DNA of 56,226 nt, the filler included, from Dugesia japonica (Eukaryota): assembly GCA_001938525.1 (NCBI GenBank). It is 5 parts of 5 records of this genome, joined end to end, with 100 filler letters (N's around TTAATTAATTAA, not from the genome) between each part and the next. Parts side by side here need not be neighbours in the genome. Positions count along the whole stretch, not along the records: positions 24,941 to 33,527 come from MQRL01645430.1; positions 33,628 to 46,368 come from MQRL01613114.1; 3 more parts are not named here. One strand, 5' to 3'. The notes under the pieces were generated by a model. That model saw only the letters and a list, made by a program, of their open reading frames with translations. It was not told the DNA's origin and made no database searches. Made by a program: the position numbers and the translations under genes. Shown piece after piece: positions 26,826 to 44,694 of this stretch. Positions within the stretch are counted from its first letter, which is position 1. Each line of letters opens with the position of its first letter.

Positions 26826-27976
26826 CAGGGGTTTCATAAGTGACGACACTTGGGAAAATTTAAGATGCAAGTTTTACATCTTATTGTATTGTGATATAAA
26901 CGAATTGTAAATCATTTCACCTTATTTAATTAAATATTGATTCAATACTTTCATTCAAGATAAGGATAAGATATCATATGATGTACATTTTTTAAAATAA
27001 CTTTAATAGTCTATTCTACAGAAATACGAATTGAAATGATTCTTATATACACTAGAGAGGGTAACATCTTGTGCCACGGGAGGGAACTTACCATACCAAA
27101 CACCCTAATCATCCAATACCCAATCACAAAACAATCTCAAGGTTAATCCAAAAGATTCACAACGTAGATAGTGTTTTGGATGTTAAAAGGTCGAGTAGTC
27201 CTAAGACTGCCACAGGAGAAGCCCAAATTATTGTGATTCATGAATTCACAGCAGTCTATTAGAAGCATCTCTCACATTACGCTCGTTAGTTCATTTTCAA
27301 TGTTGCGAACTTTAAAACTTCACAAATCCCATCCTTATAAAATTCAATTAGTATATGAGTTTAGCGAAAATGATTTTGATGCATAATTCAATTTGGTGAG
27401 ATATTTACGAATCTATTTATTAAAGATCCGAATCATGTCAGCAAAATATATTTTTCTGCGAGTCAACTTTCTTCTTGTTAGGATTAGTCAAAAGTTACAG
27501 CAGAAAACCCCCATGAAAAATGGAAGCACACACAATATCCACAGACAATACCTTGACGATACCTATCCTCAAGGTTGGATCGGAAGACAAGGTGATTACG
27601 AATGGCCAGCCAAATTCCCAAATTTGTCGCCATTATTTTATATTTTTAAAGGTTCATTTAAAATCTGTTATGAACCTACAAACTTGAAGGATTTGAAGAA
27701 ACATATTGTTGGGGCATCTAGGGCGGTAACAGTTATGATACTGCAGAATATTCGCTGTAAATTTGGAAATCGTTTGAATCATTGCTTATTTCAAAATGGT
27801 GAAGTTTGAACATTCATTATAATGTAATGCTTTTTTATTTTTGTAGCCGAACTGTTTTGTCAATAATATTGAATTAAATATAACGAAATATGTTTTACAA
27901 TTCGTTTATATCACAATAAAAGATGTATAACTTAAATCTTAAATTTTCCCATGTTGCGTCACTTATGAAACACTTA
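26826..27976 (+). mobile_element. Tc1/mariner-superfamily element, DD41D (rosa)-like, internally deleted
   Basis: Preceded by TA. ~85-bp TIRs (cagggg-tttcataagtgacg..gggaaaatttaagat..tgtgatataaacgaattgtaaa and its inverse at 27893-27976). DUF4817-like HTH (HPNHPIPNHKTISRLIQK..SVLDVKRSS), HPYKIQLV, and RQYLDDTYPQGWIGRQGDYEWPAKFPNLSPL. Confidence 0.85.
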
Positions 27977-28050
27977 NNNNNNNNNNNNNNNNNNNNNNNN
28001 NNNNNNNNNNNNNNNNNNNNNNNGTAATATATTTCAATAATTCTTTCTAG

Positions 28051-33045
<4,995 letters not shown>

Positions 33046-33527
33046 TAATATTTTCAAATTATACCTAAGTAATTTTACGATCTTGAATTTATTAGCAAGT
33101 TATTTCGATTTTTCTTTTAATACTAAGGAAAGTTGATAATACATACTTAATAATCAATATTCAAAATGTAAAAAATTTATCAAAATATGATTCGATAATT
33201 CTTTTATATGTAAATATTAATTTCCAAAATTAGCAACAATTTCTATTGTAGGTGGTCTGGCACTATTTGTTGCACGTCGATTTAACATTTTGTTTATATT
33301 TTCAAGTATTTTTCATTAACATTTAACACGATTAAATTTGCTAAGCGTGTTGCGTGAATATTATTTGCTTAAACTAAAAAGTTTTCATTCAAGCATCTTG
33401 AACCGTCTGCTATTCGTATTTGAATTAAATGTTTAATCACATTTTTTAAGCATTCTGTCAGTCGACGAACTAATAACGTTTTCATTCTTTATTCCATATT
33501 GAATTTTACTTTAATTAATTATTGACA

Positions 33528-33627
33528 NNNNNNNNNNNNNNNNNNNNNNNNNNNNNNNNNNNNNNNNNNNNTTAATTAATTAANNNNNNNNNNNNNNNNN
33601 NNNNNNNNNNNNNNNNNNNNNNNNNNN
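33528..33627. other. Artificial 100-bp contig linker
   Basis: 44 N + TTAATTAATTAA + 44 N. Confidence 0.95.
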
Positions 33628-34374
33628 TGTTGTTGATTATTTTGATTTATTCTTGGTGGCATTTTAATTCTATATTTAATTTCTAAGCCAATTAATCTTG
33701 ATAGAATAAAGAAACTTTAAATGTGATGACAACATTCTCAAATGATTGAATAATCAAACGCGATTGGATAAAAACAATTTTAAAAATCTGAATGACTTGA
33801 ACAACAAAATTTTAAAAAATAATTGAAAACATTGAAGTTATTGACTTTGTTCACGTTTTTTAATCAGAAAATGCATATGATTTGATAGCTGTACTGAGAT
33901 TATTTATTAAAAAATGCATCATCGTCACTGGTGCATTAAAATTAAACGACTTCTGATTTTTCATTTTTTCACGTGCCTTCACAACCAATTGGTTACATGA
34001 AAATTTACAAAATTATACATATATCACACAAACGACTGATTCGATTTTCATGAATGACATTATTCTTAGGTTGAACTTTTAAATAAAAACATTTTTTTAA
34101 ATATATCGTTCTATTCTAATTTTTATAATTTTCGTTTAAATTTTAAACAGTTGATATCTTTGAAACACAAAATGTTTCACGAACGTTTTTTATAGCATTT
34201 TGCTTGTATTAAAAAACCTACATTTTACTTCTTGACATCACCAAGCTATCTTGAATAGTTTGATCAAAAAATATGAAAAACTCGATATCTTATGACAAAT
34301 AGAATAACGTTTTTATTATTTATAATAATTATTGTTATTATAGTTTATTTAAAATTAATATTTAAATTGAATAC

Positions 34375-34629
34375 TTGATGCCGATTGAAAGGCGATACTT
34401 CCAATAAAGTAAGCGCTTCAAATGGAGGATCTCTCCAATCAGGAATAAAAACAATGAAACTTAATGGCAAATCCGAATTTTGTAATAATTTCTGAAACAT
34501 AAAAACAGTAAAACAAACATGCCTTAAATAGATACCTCGATGTAATTCACAAAACCCAACAATAATTCTTCACAAAATGGAGGATTCGCTTCAAAAGATC
34601 CAGTAACTGGGAAGAACTCTAAGACCGGT
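34375..34629 (-). CDS. PCIF1: Cap-specific m6Am methyltransferase PCIF1/CAPAM, two internal exons (34629-34536, 34491-34375)
   Basis: 44-bp GT-AG intron. Spliced peptide [31 protein letters not shown]^[39 protein letters not shown] matches PCIF1 [13 protein letters not shown]...[15 protein letters not shown], with the catalytic NPPF intact. Confidence 0.93.
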
Positions 34630-36694
34630 CTAAGAAGTACAGAATTAAATCCAAACNNNNNNNNNNNNNNNNNNNNNNNNNNNNNNNNNNNNNNNNNNNN
34701 NNNNNNNNNNNNNNNNNNNNNNNNNNNNNNNNNNNNNNNNNNNNNNNNNNNNNNNNNNNNNNNNNNNNNNNNNNNNNNNNNNNNNNNNNNNNNNNNNNNN
34801 NNNNNNNNNNNNNNNNNNNNNNNNNNNNNNNNNNNNNNNNNNTTGTTTTCAAATTGCGCTCTCAGTAGATTCATTTATAAAATAAATAAAATGCACATTT
34901 TAAGGCTTTTAAATAAGGGTTACGACTGAAGCGTCTCGTCGTCAATTAACTCTCACAAATCCTAATTGTTTATTTCGTTGATCTAGAATAATTAGGTTTA
35001 CGAGGAATCTTGTTTTTTGTTTAAAATAATTTCAATATTAACATAAAATGATAATAATATTTACGAGTTCAAAGTTCCATATTTTACACCATTTTTACAT
35101 TTCGTTAGTATGATGCCTTATCGCCTTTATGTCACTACGCCTCACAATAAAAATGAATCTAATCTTGGCGCATCCACTCCTATATTTTAAAAAATAATGC
35201 ATATAGTGAAAAATGTATTATTAATAAAAGTACAAGAAAAATGTAATAAGAAACTTATGAATAATAATATGATTCATGCTTATGTATGACTACCTGTGCT
35301 GGTAAATACTTAAATATATATATTTAATGGAATTTCTTTCGATATACATATTTTTTTATTTACAAGTGTTATGAAAATTACATTTTCATTAAAAATCTCA
35401 CGCTTTCCTTCGTAGAGATCCGTGCCTTCTAGTTTGGAAATTTCTGCATTAGTGTAGAAAAACCACATGTAATCAATGCAAATAAAATTATGTAATTCTA
35501 AACAAACGTTTTGTTTATTTATTACAATATTATGATTAGAAAAATAAATGATTTTCAAAAAAAGTATTGAATTCGGAGCTTGGATTGTGATATTTTATTT
35601 CATTTGGATTCTAATATTCTATAAAATGTGTTTATCTTTACAACTTTAGTTTTTCGACATATGAAATGAACACTAAAATTGAGAAGGGAGGAAAGTAACC
35701 AAAATTAACAATTACAGAACGAACAGAACTTATTGAAAAGTTAAAAGCCAATAAAAAAATTAAGTCAAAAACTTGTTTCCAAGTAAATAAAATTTCTATG
35801 ATCTTGGTTAATAAATTATTGAATACAAATTAAGAATCTATAATTGAGCAAACTGGAATTAATGAACGCAAAAGAAGTTTTCTTTAAGAAAACAACAGAA
35901 ATTGATCTTATACTTTACAAGTGATAGAAAAAGAAAAGAAGCAGATATTACACAATAAATCGAGACTGCATAAAATAGTGTTCGTTGATAATCGTAGAAA
36001 GATTAAATGTTCCTTATATAAATGCATACTGTGACTGATTTTATCTTTTTGTAAACGCTGTGAAGTCTAAGTCTTATTATTATTATTTGTGAGGCATAAA
36101 TACTTCAGAATTCCCTAAATTTTTATCTAACATAATTAAAAAAATTATTTATAAAAGATTTATTAAAGCAAAATTAAATACAAAGTTTTAAAAAATATTT
36201 TACCAGATAAAATTTACAGTTTAATAAGATTTAATACAATATTACACTTAAGTCTGTAATTCCATGACCAAACTTGATAACTTCTATGTAATTTTGAAAG
36301 CTATTGATTACTTCTATGCAATTTATGAAAATGTTTAATGTCTTTTAGTAAATTTCAGATAAATTTCAATGACTTCTAGTAAATGTCTTATTAATTACAT
36401 ATACTTCTAGTAAACTTTAGAAATATTTCTGTGTTATCTAGAAATTGTTAGATATTTTCCATATACTTCTTGTAATGTTTGAAAACTTTTACTGACTTCA
36501 ATGTAATTTACGAAAGTTTTAATGAATTCTATCTAATTTTTATGTTTTGACTTAGAAAATTATGTGATTGAATGTAATGTTTTACGTTATATAATTCTAT
36601 TAAAAACTAGACAATTCTAACCCTAAAAGCACTTAAAAACAATCGGAAATCCTTAAAATTATGTACACAAAAAATTATTTTCCACTGACATTAG

Positions 36695-37440
36695 ATATTC
36701 CCCGGACAATATTAATGTTGAATGTTTTGCACTGGGTAATATTAATGTTAATATCTCCCGGGAAATATTAATGTGACTGTCCCTGTACAGTATTAACATT
36801 AATGTCTCTCGAGCAATATTAATATTAATGTCCCACAAGTAATATTAATGTTTTATCAGGTTTCCCCAGGTTTCTATGAGGTTTATATAGAGTTTTAAAA
36901 AATTTGATAAGGTTTTCTAGGGTTTGTAAGATTTTAAATTGTTTCATCGACTGTGTATTTATAATATTTCTAAAGAATTTTATAAGATGTTATACGGTTT
37001 CTATATGGTTTTTACAAAGATTTATGAGTTTTGTGAAATGTTATTGAATTTTGTAGAGTATTGTAGGGTTTATAGTGTTTTCCAGGCTATGATAGAGTTT
37101 TAGATGGTATTTATAGAGTTTCTAAAGAGATTTACAAGAGGTTATTGTGATTATGCATATGTTTTATGGGGTTTATAGGTTTTTCTAGTTTGATGATCTT
37201 TTTATTTGGTTTTTAATAGAGTTTTTTAGGATAGAATAGAGTTTATTTAGGGTTTATAGAGAATTTTATTAAATTACTTGAATTTGCTAGGATTTCTAAG
37301 ATTGTATAGTGTTTATAGACTATTGCAAAGTTTATTAATATTGTCCAGCGCGACTAATATTAACATAAATATTGCCCGACGCTACAAATGTTAATACTAA
37401 TATTTCCCGGCACGAATAATGCTAATATTCCCCGAGAGGA
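36695..37440. repeat. Foldback-like structure: two oppositely oriented arrays of ~26-30 bp units around a degenerate ~10-bp repeat core
   Basis: Units like gggaaatattaatgt at 36695-36852 and inverse aatatt(t/g)ccc units at 37333-37436. Core made of ggttttatag/agagtttt variants. Confidence 0.5.
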
Positions 37441-37959
37441 AATTTACTTAACAAATCATTAATTTTACTTAAATTAAACAAAAATTTTTTAATTCCAATT
37501 AATTTAAACAAAAATCATTAATTTCACTTAATTTTAACACAAATAATTAAATTCACCTCATTTTAACAAAAAAACAATTAATTATAAAACATTATTATGT
37601 AATCATTACGTAATCAACACATAAAAAAATTCAACCAGTCAAATTTAAGCCACAAGTTACGTGGCTTGATGAGTTTGAAGTACCCATAGGATCATCAATA
37701 TCAAAACTCAATTCCATAGAAAATTTATTCATTAAAAAAACTATAACTAACACTATTATTTATTCAAAAAATTAAAATCCCATGTTTTAATTGGTGATCA
37801 TTTTTCAAATTATTTAAAAATTATTTAAAGATTTTAGTTAATTACTGAATCGTTATTTAAAATTTAAAACCAAATATTTGTTCATTCAAAATTTTAATCT
37901 TATAGGGTCCTTCAAAACGATCTTCGTTCTTGTTTCAACTTTCACTAAGACTTCATCAC

Positions 37960-40900
37960 AGTTACAATATCCTTGTCCTCTATCATATTTCAATAACAAT
38001 TAAGATTAGAAACTTTATTAAATATAAATTATAGCGTTAATTCGTATTATTCAAAAAACGTTATTTCGAATTTCCATAACTCTCCCTTCCTTCAAAACGT
38101 TTTCCATCTTTTTAGCCATTCTATTCTTTTGGTTTTCAAACCATTTGGAAACTTGATTTCAACTTGATGTGCTTATATAAATCTCATTATCTGGTATGGG
38201 CCTTCATACAAACCGTTTTCTTTTGTTTGTGTGGTTCTACTCTGACTAATACCCAATCTCTCTCTTTGAAGTATCTCGATTATCTTTCTCGATATTTTCC
38301 ATTTTCCGCGCCGCATTCTCCAAATTCTGTGGCATTATCTCTTCTCTGTCCTTCCTTTTGAGAGCGTTTCATCTTTGGTATGCAGATTTATCTTTCGACC
38401 AAATACGATTTCGAAAGGAGAGAATTTTCTTGACTCTTGTATTGTAGCATTAATACTAACTTCTAATCTCGGTAATAATGTCTCCCAATCTTTCTCATTA
38501 CATTTCCCTTTTATCGATATCGTAATCATATCCCTCACTGTTCNGATCATCNGTTCTACCAAACCATTAGACTGGTGTTGATACGGGGAACTAAATTCCT
38601 GTACAATTCCAAATTTTCCTAGTTTCTTTGCCATCACTTGACTTTCAAACACTTTACCTCTGTCAGTATCCATTTGTTCAAAATTATCATTAAAATCGTC
38701 TCTTCATCCATTTTTGAAACTGTAGATAAGCTGACTAGTTTGCTAAAACGATCAATAATTACCACCATATATTTCTTTCCATACTTGCTCTGTTCCATAA
38801 AACCTATGTCCACTACGATTTGTTCTAAAAAATTTGGCTTCTCCTATGTATAAGTGTTTCTTTTGTACAACTTTCTTTTTGGCACACATCTCACATTTAG
38901 CAATACTTGTATTAATTGTCTTGGGCATCCCTGGCCAGAAATAAACATTTTGTAGGTATGAAAATAACTTTTTTCTTCCCAAATGACATAAATCTTCATG
39001 AATTTTTTTTATCACTTTATCAACTATGCTTGTTGGAACTACTAACAAAAATTTATTTCCTCTTTCCACTACTAACAAATCATTCACTATTTTCAATTCG
39101 TGCTTTAGTTTATTCCAGTAACTTTCTTGGTCACTCTTTTTAGTCTCTAAACCTAATTATTGCAACATTGCTACACAACTTTGCATTTCTGAATCTTCTG
39201 TCTGAGCCTGTCGAATCATTGTAATTATATCGGTCTCATGCTGAATTCCATCGATATGTTTCACTCTCGCCTTTTCTCATTTTGCGCCTATGTGTTTCAT
39301 GCTACATTGTGAACATAAACTTGCCTTTAGCCTCGACAACCCATCCGCAATGTTGTGTTCTTCGCCTGTTCTATACTTGAGTTCAAAATTATACTCTTCT
39401 AAATTCGCGGATTGTGGACTGATTGGTTTCTTTGTGTTGTTTAGAAACACCAATGCTTAGTGATCCGTTCTTACTAGAAATCTCTTTCCATACAGATATT
39501 GTTTGAATTGTTGTACGAATTCGTGTATAGCTAATAGTTCATTCCTTGTCACACAGTATCCTTTTTCATGAGCTGTCAAATGTTTTGACCCATACTAAGG
39601 ACTGTACTGATAGCCCCAAAACTAGCATCAGTGTCTAAAATGAACATCCAATCCTCTCTGGGATATTTTAATACTAGAGCACTACATAGCTTGTCTTTGA
39701 ATGCATTGAAACTGTTCTGGCATGCTTCTGTCCAAACTAATGGTTTGTTGCAACCTTATGTTGCTTCATATAAAAGAGCTGCTATCTTTGCATAATCTTT
39801 TATGAAAAGTCTGTAGTAGTTTGTTAGTCCGAGAAACGAACAGAGTTTTGAAGAACATTCTGGAACTATAGCATTCTTAATCTCCTGAATCTTAACTCCA
39901 TTAGTGCGTATACTAGTTGCACTAACTGTATGTCCCAAGTATAACACTTATTTCTGATAAAACTTACATTTCTCTGGGTTTATTCTTAACCCCGAGTCTC
40001 TGATCCTGTAAAAGACTGTCTCTAAAATTTTGTTATGTGATCCTCCAAAGTTTTTCCGTACACCAGAATATCGTCCAGATATACAATAACTCCTTTGAAA
40101 ATTAATTCCTCCAATATCTCGTGCATTAACTTTTGAAAAGTGGCCGGTGCTGTAGCTAATCCAAAAGGCAATCGGTTAAATCTGAATTGGTCTTCCTTTG
40201 TACTGAAAGCAGTGACATCCCTTGAATTTTCTGATAAATCCACTTGGTAATAAGCTTGGCCCAGATCAATCGATGAAAATAATTTTGAACAAGATAAACA
40301 ATCTAATAACAACTGAATGTCTGGCATTGGAAAAGAAACTTTTTCTGTTCTCAAATTCACTTGTCTGTAATCCACGCACATTCTTATCGAGCAATTTTTT
40401 TATCCACAATCAAAAATGGGGAATTCCAAGAACTATTACAATTGCTGATTACACTAATCGTTGCTAATTCTTTAATCATATCTTCAATTTTCTTTTCTAA
40501 ATGCATCGGCTGTCTTCTAGGGTGCTGCACTATTGGATCTACTTTAACCTTAATTTCATGTATTACTTTTCTCGTATGCCCAATATCGAACTTTGAAGCC
40601 ATGAATATCTCACCAAAATTCTGGATTAACTGAACCAGTTTTCTGTTATCTATTCCTTTAAACAATTTCAACGCGTTATTTTGTCTATCTTCATCAGAAT
40701 GTGTTATCTTCAGACTCTCATTTTCGATGTTATTTATTTTTGTTAATTTCACTCTAAAACGTTGCATTGTATCAATACCGCCTATTAATTCTGGGTGGAT
40801 CTGTCTAACTATGATGACTTTAACCTTTCTGACATTCTTGTTCCATTGTATAGTTAATTCTGCTATACCCAACCGTTTTTCTCAGTCCTTATTAGATGCC

Positions 40901-41640
40901 CCATTTAACCTGATATTAAACATCGACAACAACGGCTTTCCAATTTTAATCCAATAGTTTTCACTCATGACTGTCACCGAAGCTCCTGAATCCCACAGCA
41001 TCTCTAACTTTACTCCATTAACATATACTCTACTCCAATCTCGCCCATCTTCTTTTTCAAACTTCTCTCCTCTTTCATCATTTCGATTAATTTTATCTTT
41101 TTCTATACTCACTCCATCGACGAAGTGTAAGCAATGGAATCGTTCTTGTTTTTTCCCATTACTATACCATGATCTGTCACGCTCTCATAGTCTTCTTTAG
41201 AATCGTCCAATTTCTCTTAAATACACAAAATTTTAGTGTTTCTTCTACTAGACGAACCCTATACAATCGAACAAGATCTAAAATTATGACCAGACTTGCC
41301 GCAAATTAAACATCTGTCTTTTAATGAGCATTGGTATCGTTTATGCCCATGTTCTCCGTAGCAATAACATTGTCTGTCTTGGAATTTTTCTTCACGAGGT
41401 TCTGGAAATCTTCTCTGTCTATTAAAATAATATCTTGCCAAATATTGGCATGGATACTCTTCGTTTCTGTTGATGCTGTTGATTTTTTACCGCATTTACC
41501 CTTTTTGGCGTGGTTGCCAGTTAAAATATTCTTGTACTCAATCATATTTCAATAACAACTACAATTAGAAACTTTATTAAATATAAATTATAACATTAAT
41601 TCGTATTATTCAAACAACGTTATTTCGAATTTCCATAACT
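37960..41640 (-). mobile_element. LTR-bounded Ty3/Gypsy retrotransposon (decayed, gag largely deleted)
   Basis: 122-bp LTRs AGTTA...TAACT at 41519-41640 and 37960-38081 (10 mismatches by eye), perfect 5-bp TSD ATCAC, PBS TGGCAACCACG, PPT GAAGGAAGGGAG. Domains: two CCHC knuckles, protease LWDSGAS, RT YLDD, RNase H FILDTDAS, integrase and GPY motif. Confidence 0.95.
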
Positions 41641-41657
41641 ATCACCAACCTTGAATT

Positions 41658-41779
41658 TCATTAAAATAATGAAAACGCATCGATCAAAATCAAATTTATT
41701 TGTAAAGAAATTCAAATTTTCGACAATAGTCTTCTTCAGGAAAATCCAACAATTATTCTCGCAATAACTGTAATTATAA
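41658..41779. mobile_element. Hammerhead-associated repeat copy with 5' inversion and 11-bp TSD
   Basis: TSD aaccttgaatt at 41647-41657 and 41780-41790. Minus-strand UUC-CUGAAGA-A-GAC-UAUU-GUC-GAAA-AUUU-GAA at 41711-41742, then the opposite-orientation 3' end. Confidence 0.8.
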
Positions 41780-42599
41780 AACCTTGAATTATCTTTTAGT
41801 CAATATCTCTTTATTTTGTTCTTTGAGAATTTTTCGTACCATTTTTATCTGCTTATTCTCTTTCCAAATACGATTTGACACAAAAAAATTTTCGACTAAT
41901 CAAATCACTGGAAACATCTGTGAGCCCAATCAAATTGCAGCCTAAAAAAAATTTTACCCCGTTACCACGACACAGTGAACAAAAAGCATAAGTCTGAAGT
42001 AGTTATATCACCAGTGTTTTTAGCCGGTAGAGTCCAACAATACCCTAATTTATTCATGGTATAAGCGAAAATACCGCATCTTCTCACTAGGAGGAAGAGA
42101 TTTGTAAAGAAATATTAAAAATTTCTCTGTCGTGTGCAGAAAAAACTTTTTAATCATCATGTAAATTTTATCACTTTTTAAGTGAGCGACTTAACTATTT
42201 ACTTTTTATTGCAACAAAAAAAACAATCACTATTAACTATTTACTTAAACACGCTTCTTATCAACTATAAGACTTTTAAGTTTCAATAGCTAATTGTTTA
42301 ATAAATAATATATTGCAATATTAATAACACAATTGAAATCTGCAAAATGAAATCGATAGCAAATTGATTTCCAACGGCTTTGTAAATAGAATTCTGGGGG
42401 CAGTGTGAAGTATACTATAATTTANAATATATCACGATTTATTTGAATTACAACCTTTTAGTTATTATATATACTCATAGATTATAATTATGACCTGTAT
42501 AATTTACAAAACGCCGACGAATTACGTTTAAATATAAACAAAATATAAGCAATTGAAAATCTTTCACTTATATTAAAATTTCCTATTTCTCGAGAAAAC

Positions 42600-43403
42600 A
42601 TTTATTTATTCAGCACAACGGAAAACCTAACACATCTTTGAAGACTCGAAAAATTTACTGGAACTTAGTTGGAATTTGCTGCCACAGTAGATGGATAGTG
42701 GTGCACTGGAACACCCCCCAAGGAAAAATATTTTTGTGTGAGTGTGTGTGTAAGTGTACTCGATTGCACTGTGGAGTTATTGATTTGCACTATTTTGGTT
42801 GTTTTATGATATCGGNNNNNNNNNNNNNNNNNNNNNNNNNNNNNNNNNNNNNNNNNNNNNNNNNNGTTTGTCCTAGAAGTGTGGTTGTGCCCAAACACAG
42901 GCGTATGAGTTATCGTGGGGAGATTTTTTAAGATTTATTTGAAATTTTTCTAACGGGTGGGCAAATCAATAACTGCACAGTGCAATCGAGTACACTTGCA
43001 CACTTACACAATTTTTTTTAATTACCTAAAAAAATGGAGAAAAAATCGGCCGAAAAAATGTTTTTCCCTGGGGGGGTGTTCCAGTGAGCCACTATCCATC
43101 TACTTGCCACATCCTCCATATCGTTTTTATATGGCATCATCAGACTACTATCTTTATCGGTATCAGCAAAACTCTAAGACTCGAAAACCTTTATCTCAAA
43201 TGACAGTATAATACCAGGAAGTATTTTTGGCGGAACTAAATTAGAAATTTATAAAAAAGCAATCATGATATTGACTGAGAGATAGCAACAAATTTTCGTT
43301 AATAATGACCAATATGTTTTAAAACAAAAATAAAATTTTTGTATTTAGAAATTGGATTTTTTTTTAATAGTAAAAACCGAAAGAATTTTTCGGGCAATCT
43401 AAT
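42600..43403 (+). mobile_element. Mariner remnant (3' half plus TIR) interrupted by a mini-element
   Basis: FIQHNGKPNTSLKTRK..ELSWNLLPH^PPYRFYMASSDYYLYR (cf. DNARPH..GWEVLPHPPYSPDLAPSDYYLFR). Ends aaaccgaaagaatttttcgggcaatctaat. Confidence 0.8.
42686..43104. mobile_element. 419-bp non-autonomous element with Polinton-type ends (AGT...ACT, 6-bp TSD)
   Basis: Termini AGTAGATGGATAGTGG / CCACTATCCATCTACT, long imperfect TIRs (~42686-42790 vs 42957-43104), perfect TSD TGCCAC at 42680-42685 and 43105-43110. Confidence 0.8.
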
Positions 43404-43769
43404 GGTAATTAAAAATTAACGTAAATTTCTTTATCGATTATTATTGTTAGCAAGCATCTCTAGGAATATTCAAAATTAAATAAATTTATAAAGCACAATA
43501 TATAATTTAATTTTTCAAAAATGGAAATTAACAGTAATTAAAAAAATAAAATAATAGTTTATAGTATTAAACAGGTAATTTCTGATTTGTTAATAACAGT
43601 AATTATTAGTTATTTGATCTCAAAAATACAATGTAACTAATAATAATAATTAAAATTAGAATATATGACGATTTTCACACGAATCAAGAATTCAGACCGA
43701 ATTTTATTTTGTATAAATGTTTGAACTACAGATTAAATTACTGTTACAATTAATGAATTATTATTATTA

Positions 43770-43825
<56 letters not shown>

Positions 43826-43875
43826 NNNNNNNNNNNNNNNNNNNNNNNNNNNNNNNNNNNNNNNNNNNNNNNNNN

Positions 43876-43946
<71 letters not shown>

Positions 43947-44400
43947 TAGCATAACTTAAATAATTAAATCTATCAGTTTTAAAAATTTTTGTACAAATTT
44001 ATTCTGACTAACGGTTCATTTCTTAAGTAAACAAAAATATTTTATAAAAATATACGAGAACATTAAATGAAAGTAAAATAATGATGAGAAAGTAAAAGAA
44101 AGCAATATAATTATTTACCTTCATCGAAATAGAAAATTAACCCACTGTGAATCTATAGAGAATGCTATTTCAGACATAAGCAATAATCAACATATCAATG
44201 CGTCAAAGCTGATGAACAAGTGAATCAAAGCTTGAGAAGTATAATTTAAAATAACATAGCTTAGGTATTATTAATAAAAAGGCAGTCGTAGCAAAAGAAT
44301 AATTAGAGTAATGTCTGGTGAGAAAAGTACAATCATGCATAATTCAATTTTCATTATGATTGTTTATTTATTTATTTAATATTATTACTATTATTATTAC

Positions 44401-44448
<48 letters not shown>

Positions 44449-44536
44449 NNNNNNNNNNNNNNNNNNNNNNNNNNNNNNNNNNNNNNNNNNNNNNNNNNNN
44501 NNNNNNNNNNNNNNNNNNNNNNNNNNNNNNNNNNNN

Positions 44537-44605
<69 letters not shown>

Positions 44606-44694
44606 AATTGGTCTTTCAAATCTTTTTGTGTTTAATTAATCTGATTTATTGTATAGATTGCTTCATTGATTACATAATCAGAACTTTCAATATA

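Noticed and set aside
34843-34950. MNLLRAQFEN as an upstream PCIF1 exon
   Set aside because: No AG acceptor. The adjacent minus-strand ttgacgacga-gac-gcttca-gtc-gtaac looks more like a decayed Penelope-type end, too degenerate to call.
35380-35470. KLEGTDLYEG resembling PCIF1 LYEGTGLQ
   Set aside because: No flanking similarity or suitable splice sites; likely chance.
36695-36852. CRISPR-like pattern of constant repeats with variable inserts
   Set aside because: Repeats are degenerate, inserts are only ~7-13 nt and resemble each other, there are no cas genes, and the context is eukaryotic. It is a minisatellite.
38164-41555. Plus-strand ORFs overlapping the Gypsy
   Set aside because: Antisense shadows of the gag-pol remnants.
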